The notes below the pieces were generated by a model. It was not told where the DNA came from. It saw nothing but the letters and a program-made list of their open reading frames with translations, and searched no databases. A program made the position numbers and the translations under genes. From Anthoceros angustus (lineage: Eukaryota > Plantae > Anthocerotophyta): a DNA stretch of 64,000 bases. The stretch covers positions 43,082 through 107,081 of the forward strand of contig VJWM01000303.1 of the NCBI GenBank assembly GCA_010909165.1. Reading direction: 5' to 3'. Positions 63,053 to 64,000 of this stretch are shown in pieces. How positions within the stretch are numbered: the stretch's first letter is position 1; each line of letters begins with the position of its first letter.

Positions 63053-64000
63053 TGTGGGCAGTAGAGTTTGGGCAACCTCCAGCCAAAAGGACGACAAGTT
63101 TGATTTTTTGGCTAAGCGATTGAAAAGACATGCGAGAAAACTTGAGATCTTGAGCTGGGTTGTAAAATATTGTTAGGAAGTGAAAAGGATATCCCAGAAG
63201 AAGAAACGGGTCGAAACGACCCCAGACGGCGGGAGGCGGTCAAAGAGGTGGTAGGTGAGACTACGTAACCACACTCTGGGTAAGAAAAAGCGGCACCGTG
63301 GTAATGGCCGGACTACATGATGGTGTGGAACCTCGGCGGAAGAAATTAATATGAGGATATCCACTATATATGCTCACCAATAGGAGTAGATAAATAGGAT
63401 TAATTAGAAGGTGATTAATTTGGGAAGCGGATAAGGAGGAAAATAGGTAATTTAGGAAGGCTTAGGGATGAACCCAATCTAGGGTTGGGAACTCTCGGTG
63501 CGACATCCCAGAGGGCAAAGTGCGGTTTGGGCAACTCTCTCTTGAGCGGAGGCATCCTCGAAGGCGGGGCGGAGCTGAGCGTAAGGCGGAGAGAAGGAAG
63601 GTTGCTATCATCGGACACAACCGTGCAAACGGCCGGGCCGATGCTCTGGACCTACCGATAGGCGGGTGAGTGGCAGTACATTGTCCATTGAACATGCGTT
63701 TCACCAAGGTGGATCACCTTGGCAACAATCTTCCGTGTTCTCCCGCACACCCTCTGATGAGCAACGGGCCAATCGGGGCGATTATCCTCGCCTGGATCGG
63801 CCCATGAGGCCGGGAAGCTAGCGAGAAGTCGCGCCGTCACAAGACCGCCCCTTCCTCATCCATGTATGGGGACACCTCAACCTCAAGGAGGGAGAAGAGG
63901 AGCCCGAAGGGCGGCCCTACCGGAGGCAGAGCGGGAAGGAGCGAAGGCGCCAGAGGCGAGGCCCGACCTCCTAAGGCCAAACGGGCCCGGAGGAAGATGA
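63053..64000 (+). repeat. Family-B-related LTR start running off the window
   Basis: TGTGGGCAGTAGAGTTTGGGCAAC start; blocks gaaacgggtc..acgacc and tagataaatagg..aaaataggtaatt are collinear with 52902-53430. Confidence 0.6.

Noticed and set aside
1-64000. Host protein-coding, tRNA or rRNA genes; most short ORF-track entries
   Set aside because: No recognisable host domains or RNA-gene structure; most ORFs are alternate-frame or antisense shadows of TE sequence.

Overview
Eukaryotic, plant-like (probably non-seed streptophyte; inference) transposon-saturated window with no recognisable host gene. It is a nest of Ty3/gypsy relics (LTRs, gag, pol, accessory ORFs) carrying three younger insertions. 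These are two complete minus-strand Ty1/copia elements (11349-18117 and 25715-~32770) and an ~11.1-kb terminal-inverted-repeat DNA transposon (33925-45047) that splits a gypsy protease gene. The best candidate novel system is this DNA transposon. It encodes a spliced DDD transposase (DUF7869/Sola1-like motifs, minus strand) and, divergently, a large cargo gene. Read across frameshifts, the cargo gene shows a ParB/Srx-like domain, a prokaryote-type beta-class DNA amino-methyltransferase domain and possibly a SET-like domain. Other notable items: both copia elements carry a homologous intron-containing antisense gene between pol and the 3' LTR; a gypsy family appears to have a protein-coding ORF inside very long LTRs; and there is a ~2-kb-arm inverted repeat. 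Nearly all ORFs are broken by dense 1-bp indels that look like long-read consensus error, so protein readings are manual reconstructions across frameshifts and family names are from motif recall, not database searches.
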